Part shown: positions 25,213-34,264 of the stretch, in pieces
Position numbering within the stretch: the stretch's first letter is position 1
How the letters are laid out: every line of letters begins with the position of its first letter
NCBI GenBank assembly: GCA_965203325.1
Contig: OZ241875.1
Location: 4,290,702-4,354,701 of the forward strand
Reading direction: 5' to 3'
DNA: 64,000 bases
Source of the DNA: a bacterium
GTDB taxonomy: Bacteria > UBA8248
Translations under genes and position numbers: made by a program
The notes under the pieces: generated by a model
Database searches by the model: none
Told to the model about the DNA's origin: nothing
The model's input: only the letters and a program-made list of their open reading frames with translations

Positions 25213-26258
25213 TCTCCACGCTCCAGCGGAGGGAGGTCGAGCCTTTGGGCGATCTCATCGAGTTCCGCGAGCCGCTCGCTCGACAGCTCGAACCCGCTTT
25301 CCCGGCGTTCCATCTCGTTTTGATGCTCGATCTCTCCGGGCATGAAAATCGTCTCCACACCCGCCGCTTTCGGTGTGGTTTTGATGATGGAGATGAAGGC
25401 GCCGGCGGCGGCCTGGAATTGCGATACCGGAAGCAGCGCCTCGACGTTGATGGCGACGAAAACGCTTGTGACACGGCTTTTCCCGTGAAATTCGTTGATG
25501 CCCACGATCTCGTGGCTGTGGCCTCCGCCCGCGAGGGAACCCAGAATGGCGTCGATCGCGATGGAAAGCCCGCTGCCCTTGTAGCCCGCAATCGGGGAGA
25601 GGAGGGAGCTTTCGAGAACCTCGTGGGGGTCGGTGGTGGGTCTTCCCTCCTTGTCCAGCCCCCAGCCCTCGGGGATGAGTTCGCCCGCGCGCGCCGCCTC
25701 GATGATGTAGCCCCGGGCCACAACGGAGAGCGCCATGTCCAGCACCATGGGCGGGTCGCTCGGCAGGGCGATAGAGACGGGATTGTTGCCGATCCTGGGT
25801 TCCTTGCCTCCTGCAGGAGGCAGGACGCGCAGCGTGTTCGTCGTAACGAGGCCGACCATGCCGGCTTCGGGGGCCATGGCCGCGTACGTTGCGGCGGCGC
25901 CGAAATGGTTGCTCTCCTTGAGCAGGACGACGCCCACGTTATGGAGCCGCGCGCGGTCGATGGCCTCTTCCATCGCGAGCCTGGAGACCACCTGGCCCAT
26001 GCCGTTGTCGCCGTCTGCGAGCGCGAGTGCGCCTGCGTCTTTGACGACTTTGAAATTGGGAGCCGGATTCGCCAGATTGATTTCCAGGCGCCTGGCGTAG
26101 TGCGGCATGCGGATCACGCCGTGGCTGGTGACGCCGCGCAACTCGGCCGTCACGAGCGTATCCGCCGTCCATGCGGCGTCCTCATCCGGCATGCCCAGCT
26201 TGCTGAAGACTCGCTCTAAAAACACGTGGAGTTTATCGCCCGTCGTGTGTCCGCTCAT
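25209..26258 (-). CDS. Ldh2-family (malate/L-lactate/sulfolactate dehydrogenase type 2) oxidoreductase, paralog A
   Basis: 349 aa. TAELRGVTSHGVIRMPHY and SNHFGAAATYA match the Ldh_2 (Mdh/AllD/ComC) family. Confidence 0.8.
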   Translation of the reverse strand: MSGHTTGDKLHVFLERVFSKLGMPDEDAAWTADTLVTAELRGVTSHGVIRMPHYARRLEINLANPAPNFKVVKDAGALALADGDNGMGQVVSRLAMEEAIDRARLHNVGVVLLKESNHFGAAATYAAMAPEAGMVGLVTTNTLRVLPPAGGKEPRIGNNPVSIALPSDPPMVLDMALSVVARGYIIEAARAGELIPEGWGLDKEGRPTTDPHEVLESSLLSPIAGYKGSGLSIAIDAILGSLAGGGHSHEIVGINEFHGKSRVTSVFVAINVEALLPVSQFQAAAGAFISIIKTTPKAAGVETIFMPGEIEHQNEMERRESGFELSSERLAELDEIAQRLDLPPLERGE

Positions 26259-26873
26259 TCACTCCTCACGCGTGAACAGATAGGCCATCCCGTGCCGGAC
26301 GTGCGCACCCGAATCGACCTCGCTCAGAAAATCGACTCGCGAAACCGACCAGCGGTTCACTTCGCTCAACTCTCGCATGCTCCAACCGGGGGCGTCCCAC
26401 AGCGCTTCGCTCCCGGCATAGCCCGGCCCTTGCTGCACCACCGCCAGGTACCAGCGGATGCTCATCGCCTCCAATATCTGTCGTTCGGCGCCCGAATCGA
26501 ACGGCAGCCAGCAGGAGAACACGAAATCAGGCGCATGGGCGAGGAGCGCCTCCTGCGCGTCCAGGGCTTCGGTACCCTCGCCTCCGGCCGGGTCCGTGAG
26601 TCTCAGGTTCACGCCGCGCGCCTGAAGCGCTTTTCCGATCGTGCCGTCGCCGGCCCCCGCTTCCAGAGGCGCTTCGGGAGCTAACCCTAAGATTTCCTCT
26701 GCCAGTGCGTCCAGCCATTCGACCACGGGAAGCTGGTAGAGGTTTTTCCTCTCGCAGAATACGAGCCAGCCGTCCCCCCGTTCTTCTTCGGCGAGCTTAG
26801 CGATGGCCTCGGCGTAGGGGAGGGGTTTCACCGCCGAAAATCCCGGGCGAGAAACCGGGTCGCCTGCAAGCAA
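26259..26873 (-). CDS. Hypothetical protein, possible class-I SAM-dependent methyltransferase
   Basis: 204 aa with a Gly-rich LEAGAGDGTIGKAL motif (motif-I-like). Weak assignment. Confidence 0.4.
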   Translation of the reverse strand: MLAGDPVSRPGFSAVKPLPYAEAIAKLAEEERGDGWLVFCERKNLYQLPVVEWLDALAEEILGLAPEAPLEAGAGDGTIGKALQARGVNLRLTDPAGGEGTEALDAQEALLAHAPDFVFSCWLPFDSGAERQILEAMSIRWYLAVVQQGPGYAGSEALWDAPGWSMRELSEVNRWSVSRVDFLSEVDSGAHVRHGMAYLFTREE

Positions 26874-26942
26874 GAATTCACCCGCAACCCTGTAAGAAAC
26901 AAACCCCCGGAAATCATCTTCCGGGGGCTGGTGATGAATCTC

Positions 26943-28151
26943 CTAGACGCTGGGCCCATTCCTGTTGATGGCGAAGGCGTTGTCCTCATACAGGATTTCG
27001 GCTTTCGTCATCTTCCCGCTCGCGACTTCGAGCACCTCGTCGTAGACGCGACGTCCGGCCACCTCGATGGGCGCGCCCTCGAAGATGTCCGTCACATCCA
27101 CGTCGGTGGTGTCGGCCTGAAGCCTCGCTGAAAGCGGGTTGCCCGTGATGCGGATGGTGCTCATCAGGGGGTGGTTGATGGTATGGCCGCCGCCCGTGGA
27201 GAAGATGAGCACCTGAGAGCCGCCCGCCGCGATGCCGGTGATGGACTCGCCCCCGTGGCCGGGGGTGTCCATCACGTGGAGGCCGCTCCTGCGGTTCGCG
27301 CGCTTCGCCCAGGGGATCACGTCCACGATGGGGGCCGAGCCCGCCTTCTGGATGGCGCCCAGGGATTTCTCTTCGATCGTGGTCAGGCCGCCCTCCATGT
27401 TGTCGCCCGTGGGCTGGCTGCCCCTGAGATCCACGCCGCAGGCGAGGATGCGCTCTTCCATCTCCTCCACCATCCTCCAGATGCGCTTGCCCAGGGCCGG
27501 CCTCACGCATTTGGCGGCCAGTACGTCCTCGCCGCCCATCATCTCCGTGGTCTCGGCCAAAAGCACGCGTCCGCCCTGATTGACCACCTGGTCCGTCACC
27601 CAGCCGGTGGCCTTGTTGTGCGAGAGGCCCGAGGTAGTGTCCGACGTTCCGCAGTTGACCCCCAACAGGAGCTTGCTCACGGAAACTTCCTGGCGGCGTT
27701 CGTTCGTGAGTTCTCTCAGCATCTCCATGCCGATGCGCGTGGCCTTGGCGGTGGCGTCTATCGCGCCGCCGTCTTCGCGGATGTTGATCGCTTCCACGCG
27801 TTTCCCTGTTTTGGCGATTTCATGGGCGATCTCGTCCGCCGTGCAGCCTTCCTCGCGGTGGTGGTCGATGACAATGACGGCGCCTGCGTTGGCGTTCTGC
27901 CCGTGTCCGACGAGGGTTTCGAACGTGCGCTGAATGTCGGGGCCGATCTGACAGCGTCCCAGCGGGTGGGTGAGGGCGACGCTATGCCGAAGGGTTCTGG
28001 CTACACGCTCGCATGTGGAGTTCGCATAAAGCGTTCCGCTCAACAAGAGCAGGTAGTTTCTCGCGCCCACGTCGCCGTTCTCTCTGGGATATCCCCACCA
28101 GGTTTTTCTCAGACGTTTCGATCTTGCGCCGCTTCCGTTTCTTCTGGCCAT
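26943..28151 (-). CDS. UxaA/GarD-family dehydratase large subunit; SuyB-like ((2R)-sulfolactate sulfo-lyase large subunit candidate)
   Basis: 402 aa. YPRENGDVGARNYLLLLSGT at the N-terminus plus the C-terminal altronate/galactarate dehydratase-like domain. Size matches SuyB (~42 kDa). Confidence 0.7.
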   Translation of the reverse strand: MARRNGSGARSKRLRKTWWGYPRENGDVGARNYLLLLSGTLYANSTCERVARTLRHSVALTHPLGRCQIGPDIQRTFETLVGHGQNANAGAVIVIDHHREEGCTADEIAHEIAKTGKRVEAINIREDGGAIDATAKATRIGMEMLRELTNERRQEVSVSKLLLGVNCGTSDTTSGLSHNKATGWVTDQVVNQGGRVLLAETTEMMGGEDVLAAKCVRPALGKRIWRMVEEMEERILACGVDLRGSQPTGDNMEGGLTTIEEKSLGAIQKAGSAPIVDVIPWAKRANRRSGLHVMDTPGHGGESITGIAAGGSQVLIFSTGGGHTINHPLMSTIRITGNPLSARLQADTTDVDVTDIFEGAPIEVAGRRVYDEVLEVASGKMTKAEILYEDNAFAINRNGPSV

Positions 28152-28166
28152 GGTCGACCTCCTGTC

Positions 28167-28460
28167 TTAAGCGAGGTCGCCGCGGCCGCGGGCGCTCTCT
28201 ATGTTATGCACGTGAATGTAATCGCCCACCTCGATGTCCTTGCTCGCCACACCGATGGACAGGCCGTATTTCATGCAGTGCTCGCCCTTTTTCAGGGGCT
28301 TGATGCAGATTTTGTGGATGTAGGGGATCGCCTGATTCGCCTTGAGCGTCTTGCCCATCTTTCCGTTGAGCATGAGGCGAACGGAGCCCCCCTTCGCCAC
28401 CTTTTCGAGACAGGTGGCGACGTTGTCTCCCTTTTCGATGATCATGGCTGTTACCGGCAT
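28167..28460 (-). CDS. SAF-domain small subunit of split UxaA-family enzyme; SuyA-like
   Basis: 97 aa: MPVTAMIIEKGDNVATCLEKVAKGGSVRL... (SAF/AFP-like beta-clip). Strong RBS (AAGGAG). Lies 15 nt upstream of the large subunit. Confidence 0.65.
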   Translation of the reverse strand: MPVTAMIIEKGDNVATCLEKVAKGGSVRLMLNGKMGKTLKANQAIPYIHKICIKPLKKGEHCMKYGLSIGVASKDIEVGDYIHVHNIESARGRGDLA

Positions 28461-28595
28461 GTTTTCTCCTTCAAAAATTCAGGGCGCGAAAACGCCTCGC
28501 ACCCAGTCATGTGACGGATATATGAGGAACGTCCAATCAACAGCGCCATAAACCTAGCGCATGGGGGCCGACACTTCAACAAGGAGAGGCTTTTC

Positions 28596-29645
28596 TCAAC
28601 TCCCGTGCAACGGCGCCACGCCCACTTCTTCGGCTATCCGGTCCAAATCTTGTGCGAGGGCTTCTTTGATTGTGATGCCCTCGGTCAGGGCGGCCTGATA
28701 CCTGCGGTGCGCCCCTTCGCCGGGGATGCGGATTTCATCGAAGCCGGGCGCCAGGCCCGAGGCCTTGATGCGCGTCACGGCTTCATCCACCGCCGCCTCA
28801 TAGTCGCCGCCCAGGCATCTCTCCGGGTCAATCGCCATGGCGAACATCGGCAGGCCGAAGGGCTTGTCCGTCTCCAGCCAGTCGGGCTGGGCGGCGTCGA
28901 AGCCGTTGCCGGTAAGCGCTCCCGTCAGGAAGGTGAACATGAGCGCCAGGCCGTATCCCTTGTAATCGCCAAGTGGCAGCATGGTTCCCCTGGCGGCGAG
29001 CGTGGCGTCCGTGGTCGGGTTGCCCGAAGGGTCGAGCGCCCAGCCCTCGGGGATCGGCTCGCCCGTCCGGGCGGCCAGCAGCACGTAGCCTCTCGCCACC
29101 TTGGAGGTGGCGATGTCGAAGAGGATGGGATATTCCTGGTTCGAGGGAACCGCGAAAGCGACCGGGTTGTTCCCGATCATTCGCTCGTAACCGCCCCACG
29201 GGGCGAGGTTTCCCACCGCGCCGCTGATGACCACCCCGATCATCCCGTGTTCGAGCGCCATCGCGGCGAAATAGCCGATGTGGCCCGTGTGGGAGGACTT
29301 GCGGATAGCGGACGCCCCGATGCCGCCGACCTTCGCCTTCTCGATAGCGGCCTCCATGGCGCGACGCGCGACTACGGCGCTCATGCCGTAGTCCCCGTCC
29401 AGGAGCGTAAAAGCGGGCAGATCGGTGATGGTTCGCACACTGGGCTTCGGGTTCGCCGTCCCGTTTCTCAGGCGCTCCACGAAGACCCCGAAGCGAACGC
29501 ACCCGTGCGAACTCACGCCCCTCAGTTCGGCGTCCACAATCTGGGCCGCGCACGCATTGGCGTCCGCCTCGGGCAGGCCCAGTGCCTGGTAGACGCGCGC
29601 GAGATAGGCGTGAAGGTCTTTCGCGTGAACTTTGATGTCCGGCAT
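28596..29645 (-). CDS. Ldh2-family oxidoreductase, paralog B
   Basis: MPDIKVHAKDLHAYL..., DAELRGVSSHGCVRF, HTGHIGYFA. Start ATG 29645 with GGGAGA RBS; the track ORF extends to 29681. Confidence 0.8.
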   Translation of the reverse strand: MPDIKVHAKDLHAYLARVYQALGLPEADANACAAQIVDAELRGVSSHGCVRFGVFVERLRNGTANPKPSVRTITDLPAFTLLDGDYGMSAVVARRAMEAAIEKAKVGGIGASAIRKSSHTGHIGYFAAMALEHGMIGVVISGAVGNLAPWGGYERMIGNNPVAFAVPSNQEYPILFDIATSKVARGYVLLAARTGEPIPEGWALDPSGNPTTDATLAARGTMLPLGDYKGYGLALMFTFLTGALTGNGFDAAQPDWLETDKPFGLPMFAMAIDPERCLGGDYEAAVDEAVTRIKASGLAPGFDEIRIPGEGAHRRYQAALTEGITIKEALAQDLDRIAEEVGVAPLHGS

Positions 29646-29772
29646 GTTTTCTCCCGGCGCGGGCTTGAGGGCCGCGCGCAAACAAACCCACCGCCTTGTC
29701 TTGGCGGATGGGGAAAAGAGTGCTAAGAGCTATTGCGGTGAGTTTGCCTTTACACATGGAGGATTCGCAAGC

Positions 29773-30861
29773 ATGAAAGCGTGGCGTTTTTACGCCTTTG
29801 GCGATATGCGGTTGGATGAGGTGCCGGACCCCGAGGTGAAGCCGGGCTGGGCCGTGTGCAAGGTGCGGCGGGTGCAGCCGAGCATCACGGACGTGCAGAG
29901 GTCCTTGGGAATCGGAACCATCAATTCGGCGCTTTTGAGGGAAATGCTCGAAAAATATGCGCCCGTGCAGTTGCTGGGGCACGAGATGAGCGCGGAAGTC
30001 GTCGAGGTGGGCGATGGCGTCGAGCACTTAACTCCGGGCGACAGGGTATGCACCTCGGGCCACGTGCCGTGCCTCAATTGCAGTTTCTGCCGCGAGGGCC
30101 GGGAGATGTACTGCATCGACAAGCTGCACGTGGGCATCAACACGCCGGGCGCATTCGCCGAATACATCTCGCTTCCGGCGCACGGACTCGTCAGGCCGCC
30201 CCAGACGCTGGACGATTCATCCATCGCCTGTCTGCAGCCGCTTTCCTCCACGGTCGCCGCCATGCGCGATGCGAAGGTTCAGCCGGGCGAGACGGTGGCC
30301 ATCACCGGTCAGGGGGTCATGGGCCTCTATGCCTTACAGGCTGCGCGCACCTGCGGGGCGGGCGCCGTCTACGTGAGCGACGTGAAGGATGAAGCCCTTG
30401 CCTTGAGCCGCAAGTTCGGGGCGGATGAAGTGATCGACGCGCGGGTTGATGATCCCGTCGAGAGGGTGATGGAGATTACGGAGGGCAGGGGCGTCGACCT
30501 CGTCTTCGAGTGCGCGGGCGGGAACGCGGATCAGGGGCTTTCGGGCCACACCACCCTGCACCAGGCGACGCGCATGGTGCGCATCGGCGGGCGCGTCATC
30601 CAGGTCGCGGGTCTCATCGGAGATGTGAAATTCGACCCGGTCTTCATGCGCGCCCAGGGGGTTCAGTGGATTTACCCGGAAGGCCATGGCGCGGATACCG
30701 TGGCTCTGGGCGGAAAATGGGTGGCCAGTGGAAGGATCGACGTGAACTCTCTCATCACGCACGAGGAGCACGGCATCGAAAACCTGCCCCGCGTGATGGA
30801 GATCACCGACAAGAAGGCAGAGTACCGGGCCACGAACCCTTGCCAACTCGTTCTGGCTTAA
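29773..30861 (+). CDS. Zinc-dependent alcohol dehydrogenase (MDR superfamily)
   Basis: GHEMSAEVVEVG (catalytic Zn motif), structural Zn Cys4 (CTSGHVPCLNCSFCREGREMYC), GxGxxG (ITGQGVMG). RBS GGAGGA precedes ATG 29773. Confidence 0.85.
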   Translation: MKAWRFYAFGDMRLDEVPDPEVKPGWAVCKVRRVQPSITDVQRSLGIGTINSALLREMLEKYAPVQLLGHEMSAEVVEVGDGVEHLTPGDRVCTSGHVPCLNCSFCREGREMYCIDKLHVGINTPGAFAEYISLPAHGLVRPPQTLDDSSIACLQPLSSTVAAMRDAKVQPGETVAITGQGVMGLYALQAARTCGAGAVYVSDVKDEALALSRKFGADEVIDARVDDPVERVMEITEGRGVDLVFECAGGNADQGLSGHTTLHQATRMVRIGGRVIQVAGLIGDVKFDPVFMRAQGVQWIYPEGHGADTVALGGKWVASGRIDVNSLITHEEHGIENLPRVMEITDKKAEYRATNPCQLVLA

Positions 30862-30906
30862 GCAGCAGTATTTCTTCAGTTTTCATAATTTTCTAAGGAG
30901 AGAAAA

Positions 30907-31695
30907 ATGGACCTTGGGTTGAAGGGAAAGATCGCTATCGTGACGGGCGCGAGCCGGGGCATCGGACGTGAATGCGCGATCGCGCTGGCGAGAGAGGGCG
31001 CTCGCGTGTGCGTTACGGCGCGCGATGAGGCGCTTTTGGCTACGGCAGTGGAAGATGTGAACGCCGCAGGGGGCGAGGGAATGTCCGTCTCCTCCGATCT
31101 GAACTCTCTCGATGGCTGCAAGAAGGTGGTCGATGCGTGCGTCGCGAATTTCGGCGGCGTGGACATCCTCGTCAACAGCGCGGGCGCGGCGCGTGGCGGA
31201 GACATTCTTGAGCTCGACGCGGAGTTTATTACCGAGGCGCTCACGCTCAAGACATATGGGTATCTGCGCATGTCCCAGTTGGTGATCCCCCACATGAAGA
31301 AAAACGCCTGGGGCCGCATCGTGAACATCGCAGGCGGCGCGGGCACGAGCCCGGCGCGGGGGAACATCCCCACGAGTGCGGCGAACATCACGGTGCTCAA
31401 CAACACGAGGGCGCTCTCGGACGCCGTGGCGGGAGATGGGATTCAGGTGAATACCGTATGTCCGGGCATGACGAACACGCAGCGCGCGCGCGACCTCATG
31501 CAGGGACCCGCGGACAAGGCCGGCAAGGACGTGGAGGAGTTCTTGAAAGAAGTCGGCGCGAGGACGCCCGCCGGCAGAATCGCCGAGCCCGAGGAGGTGG
31601 CGAACGTCGCCGCGTTCCTGGCCTCCGCCGCGTGTTCTTACGTGAACGGCACTTCCCTCTACATGGACGGCGGCGGCCGCCGGGCGACGCCGTAG
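30907..31695 (+). CDS. SDR-family oxidoreductase
   Basis: KIAIVTGASRGIGRE, NSAG, YxxxK. RBS AAGGAGA. Confidence 0.85.
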   Translation: MDLGLKGKIAIVTGASRGIGRECAIALAREGARVCVTARDEALLATAVEDVNAAGGEGMSVSSDLNSLDGCKKVVDACVANFGGVDILVNSAGAARGGDILELDAEFITEALTLKTYGYLRMSQLVIPHMKKNAWGRIVNIAGGAGTSPARGNIPTSAANITVLNNTRALSDAVAGDGIQVNTVCPGMTNTQRARDLMQGPADKAGKDVEEFLKEVGARTPAGRIAEPEEVANVAAFLASAACSYVNGTSLYMDGGGRRATP

Positions 31696-31783
31696 GTAGG
31701 AACGGACTCGTTTTCTCCTCCGGGCGTGATTCTCAAGCGCCGCCCGGAGGATTTTTCTTGATATTTCGAGGGATTAGACAGAG

Positions 31784-32857
31784 ATGGCGAAACTTTTCGA
31801 TGAATTTTCTTTGCGGGGCGTGACGCTCAGGAACCGGATTTGCGTGTCCCCCATGTGCCAGTACAGCGCTGAGGACGGCAAGCTTACCGACTGGCATCTC
31901 GTGCACCTTGGCGCCCGCGCGGCAGGCGGCGCGGGCCTGGTGATGGTCGAGATGACGAACGTGGAGGCGCGGGGACGCATTACGCACGGTTGCTCCGGCA
32001 TTTGGTCGGATGAGCATGTTGAACCGCTGGCGCGGGTCGCGCGCTTCGTCGCCGGCCAGGGGGCCGTCGCCGGGATTCAGATAGGCCACGCAGGACGCAA
32101 GGGCAGCTGCGCGCCCACCTGGGAGGGCGGGGGCTATCTCTCCGATGAGGAGGGCGGATGGGAGATCGTGGCGCCGAGCGCGATCCCGTTTCACGAGAAG
32201 GCGCGCGTACCCAGGGCGTTGAACGTCGAGGAGATCGCCGTGATTCAGGAGGCGTTTCGCCAGGGCGCGAGACGAGCAGACGAAGCGGGTTTCGGGTGGC
32301 TCGAGATTCACGGCGCGCACGGGTATCTGTTCCACAGCTTCCATTCTCCGGTTTCGAATCACAGAGATGATAACTACGGCGGCAGCTTCGAGAACCGCAT
32401 CCGTTTCACGGTGGAGACGGTCCGGATTGTGAGGGAACAATGGCCGGAGGATAAACCGCTCGCCATACGCCTCTCGTGCACCGATTATTACGAGGGCGGC
32501 TGGACGCTCGATGAAACGGTTGAGTTGGCGAAAATCCTCAAAACCGAAGGAGTCGACCTCATCGATTGCAGTGGGGGCGGGGGAACGCCGCTGGCGAAGA
32601 TTCCTGTGGGTCCGGGCTATCAGGTGCCGCTATCGCAAGCCGTGCGTTCGGGAGCCGACATACCCACCGCCACCGTGGGCATGATCACCCAGGCGTGGCA
32701 GGCGGATCAGATTGTCCGAAACGGTGAGGCCGACCTCGTTTTCATGGCGCGCGAGATGCTGCGCGAGCCTTATTGGCCGCAAAAGGCGGCCGCCGCACTC
32801 GGCGTGATGGATGAGGCCTATGTCGCCGACCAATACCACCGCGCCCACGGCAGATGA
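31784..32857 (+). CDS. Old-Yellow-Enzyme-family NAD(P)H:flavin oxidoreductase (YqjM/NemA-like)
   Basis: ICVSPMCQYSA, HAGRKG, HGAHGYLFHSFHSPVSNHRDDNYGGSFENR are classic OYE motifs. Confidence 0.85.
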   Translation: MAKLFDEFSLRGVTLRNRICVSPMCQYSAEDGKLTDWHLVHLGARAAGGAGLVMVEMTNVEARGRITHGCSGIWSDEHVEPLARVARFVAGQGAVAGIQIGHAGRKGSCAPTWEGGGYLSDEEGGWEIVAPSAIPFHEKARVPRALNVEEIAVIQEAFRQGARRADEAGFGWLEIHGAHGYLFHSFHSPVSNHRDDNYGGSFENRIRFTVETVRIVREQWPEDKPLAIRLSCTDYYEGGWTLDETVELAKILKTEGVDLIDCSGGGGTPLAKIPVGPGYQVPLSQAVRSGADIPTATVGMITQAWQADQIVRNGEADLVFMAREMLREPYWPQKAAAALGVMDEAYVADQYHRAHGR

Positions 32858-33005
32858 CGCTCAAATCACCGCTCATCGTGATTTCTGCCGCGTCCTGTGG
32901 CCAGCTACCGCGCAAACATTGACAGGGCTCAAGGGGCCGTGTTGTAATTTCTGCACTCGCAAACAGTTGAATTTCTGAGTCCTTTTCCACACGGGAGAAA
33001 AGTCG

Positions 33006-34190
33006 ATGAACCACATTTTTTCGCGCGTCTTGAAACGCGCTACTTTCTGGGTTGCGTTCGTCGTAGCGATTGGTTTGTTGGGCGGCCCGCTCGTTGGTGA
33101 CGTGCCGGCGGCCAAGAAGAAACCGCTTCGCTTCGGGGTCGCCGACCCCCTGACGGGGCCTGCCGCGATTTTCGGCAAAGATCAGATGCAGGCGGTGCGC
33201 TGGGCGGTCGAGGACATCAACGCCAAGGGCGGCGTCAACGGCCATCCGCTCGAGGCCATCATTCTGGATCATCAGGCGAAGCCCGAGGTCGGCATCGCGG
33301 TGGTCAACCGCTTCGTCCACGTGGAGAAGGTCCCCGTGTACATCACCGCGTTCAGCAACGTGGTCAAGGCGGTCGCGCCCATCGCGAACCGCGAGAAGGT
33401 GCTGATGCTCAGCGTGGGCGCGAACGCGCCGGCCATCGCACGGCTGGGCGATTACGTCTATACGACTTTCCCGCTGGCCGACGTGGATATGAACGCCTTG
33501 GGCAAATACGCTTATCAGAAGATGGGCAAACGCCGCGCCGCCGTCTTGCACGTGAACCACGAGACGGGCCGGGACGGCGCCAAGGTTTTCAGCAACAGCT
33601 TCAAGAAGGCCGGCGGCAAAATCGTCGTCTATGAGTCCTATGAGCAGGAGCGGTCGGACTTCACCGGCCTGGTGCTCAAGGTGAAAGCGGCGAATCCCGA
33701 CATCATCCACATCCACAGCGTGATCCGCGATTTCACGGCCGTCGTCGCGCAGATGCGTCAGCTCGGTGTGAAGACCCAGATCACCAGCTACCAGACAGCC
33801 TTCAACCCAAAGATGATCCAGCAGTTGGGCAAGGGGGCCGAGGGCATCATCGTGACCGCGCTGGCTCCCAGCGTGGAGGACAACAAGAACCTGCCCGCCT
33901 ATATCGAGCGCTGGAAAAAGGCGTACAAGCGCATGCCCATCGGGCTGCCCTATACGCAGTATTTCTACGATGCGCCCTATATCGTTGCGGCGCTCTACAA
34001 ATGGGTGCTGGACAAGAAGCTGCCGATCACGGGCGAGAACATGCGCAAGGCGCTGGTGGCAATCAAGACGTTCGAGCAGCCCTTGACCAATACGGTGACG
34101 ATCAACGACGACCACACGGTCAAGAAACCGGTCTATTTCTGGCAGGTGAAGGGTGGTAAATTCACGTTAATCGGTTCCCAGAAGGACTGA
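33006..34190 (+). CDS. ABC branched-chain amino acid (LivK/LivJ-type) substrate-binding protein
   Basis: Signal peptide. LRFGVADPLTGPAAIFGKDQMQAVRWAVEDINAKGGVNGHPLE is typical of Peripla_BP_6 Leu/Ile/Val-binding proteins. Confidence 0.8.
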   Translation: MNHIFSRVLKRATFWVAFVVAIGLLGGPLVGDVPAAKKKPLRFGVADPLTGPAAIFGKDQMQAVRWAVEDINAKGGVNGHPLEAIILDHQAKPEVGIAVVNRFVHVEKVPVYITAFSNVVKAVAPIANREKVLMLSVGANAPAIARLGDYVYTTFPLADVDMNALGKYAYQKMGKRRAAVLHVNHETGRDGAKVFSNSFKKAGGKIVVYESYEQERSDFTGLVLKVKAANPDIIHIHSVIRDFTAVVAQMRQLGVKTQITSYQTAFNPKMIQQLGKGAEGIIVTALAPSVEDNKNLPAYIERWKKAYKRMPIGLPYTQYFYDAPYIVAALYKWVLDKKLPITGENMRKALVAIKTFEQPLTNTVTINDDHTVKKPVYFWQVKGGKFTLIGSQKD

Positions 34191-34209
34191 TCCCGAATGT
34201 TTCCTCTGC

Positions 34210-34245
34210 GTGGGCGCGCCGACGGGCGCGCCCACCGGGATTTTA
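34210..34245 (+). promoter_or_regulatory. Perfect 11-bp stem-loop (GTGGGCGCGCC-gacg-GGCGCGCCCAC) + TTTT between binding-protein and permease genes
   Basis: Seen directly: stem 34210-34220 / 34225-34235, TTTT at 34241-34244. Located 20 nt after the livK-like stop and 20 nt before livH. Candidate intra-operon attenuator. Confidence 0.4.
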
Positions 34246-34264
34246 CCGTGTGTGACGTCAAGCC

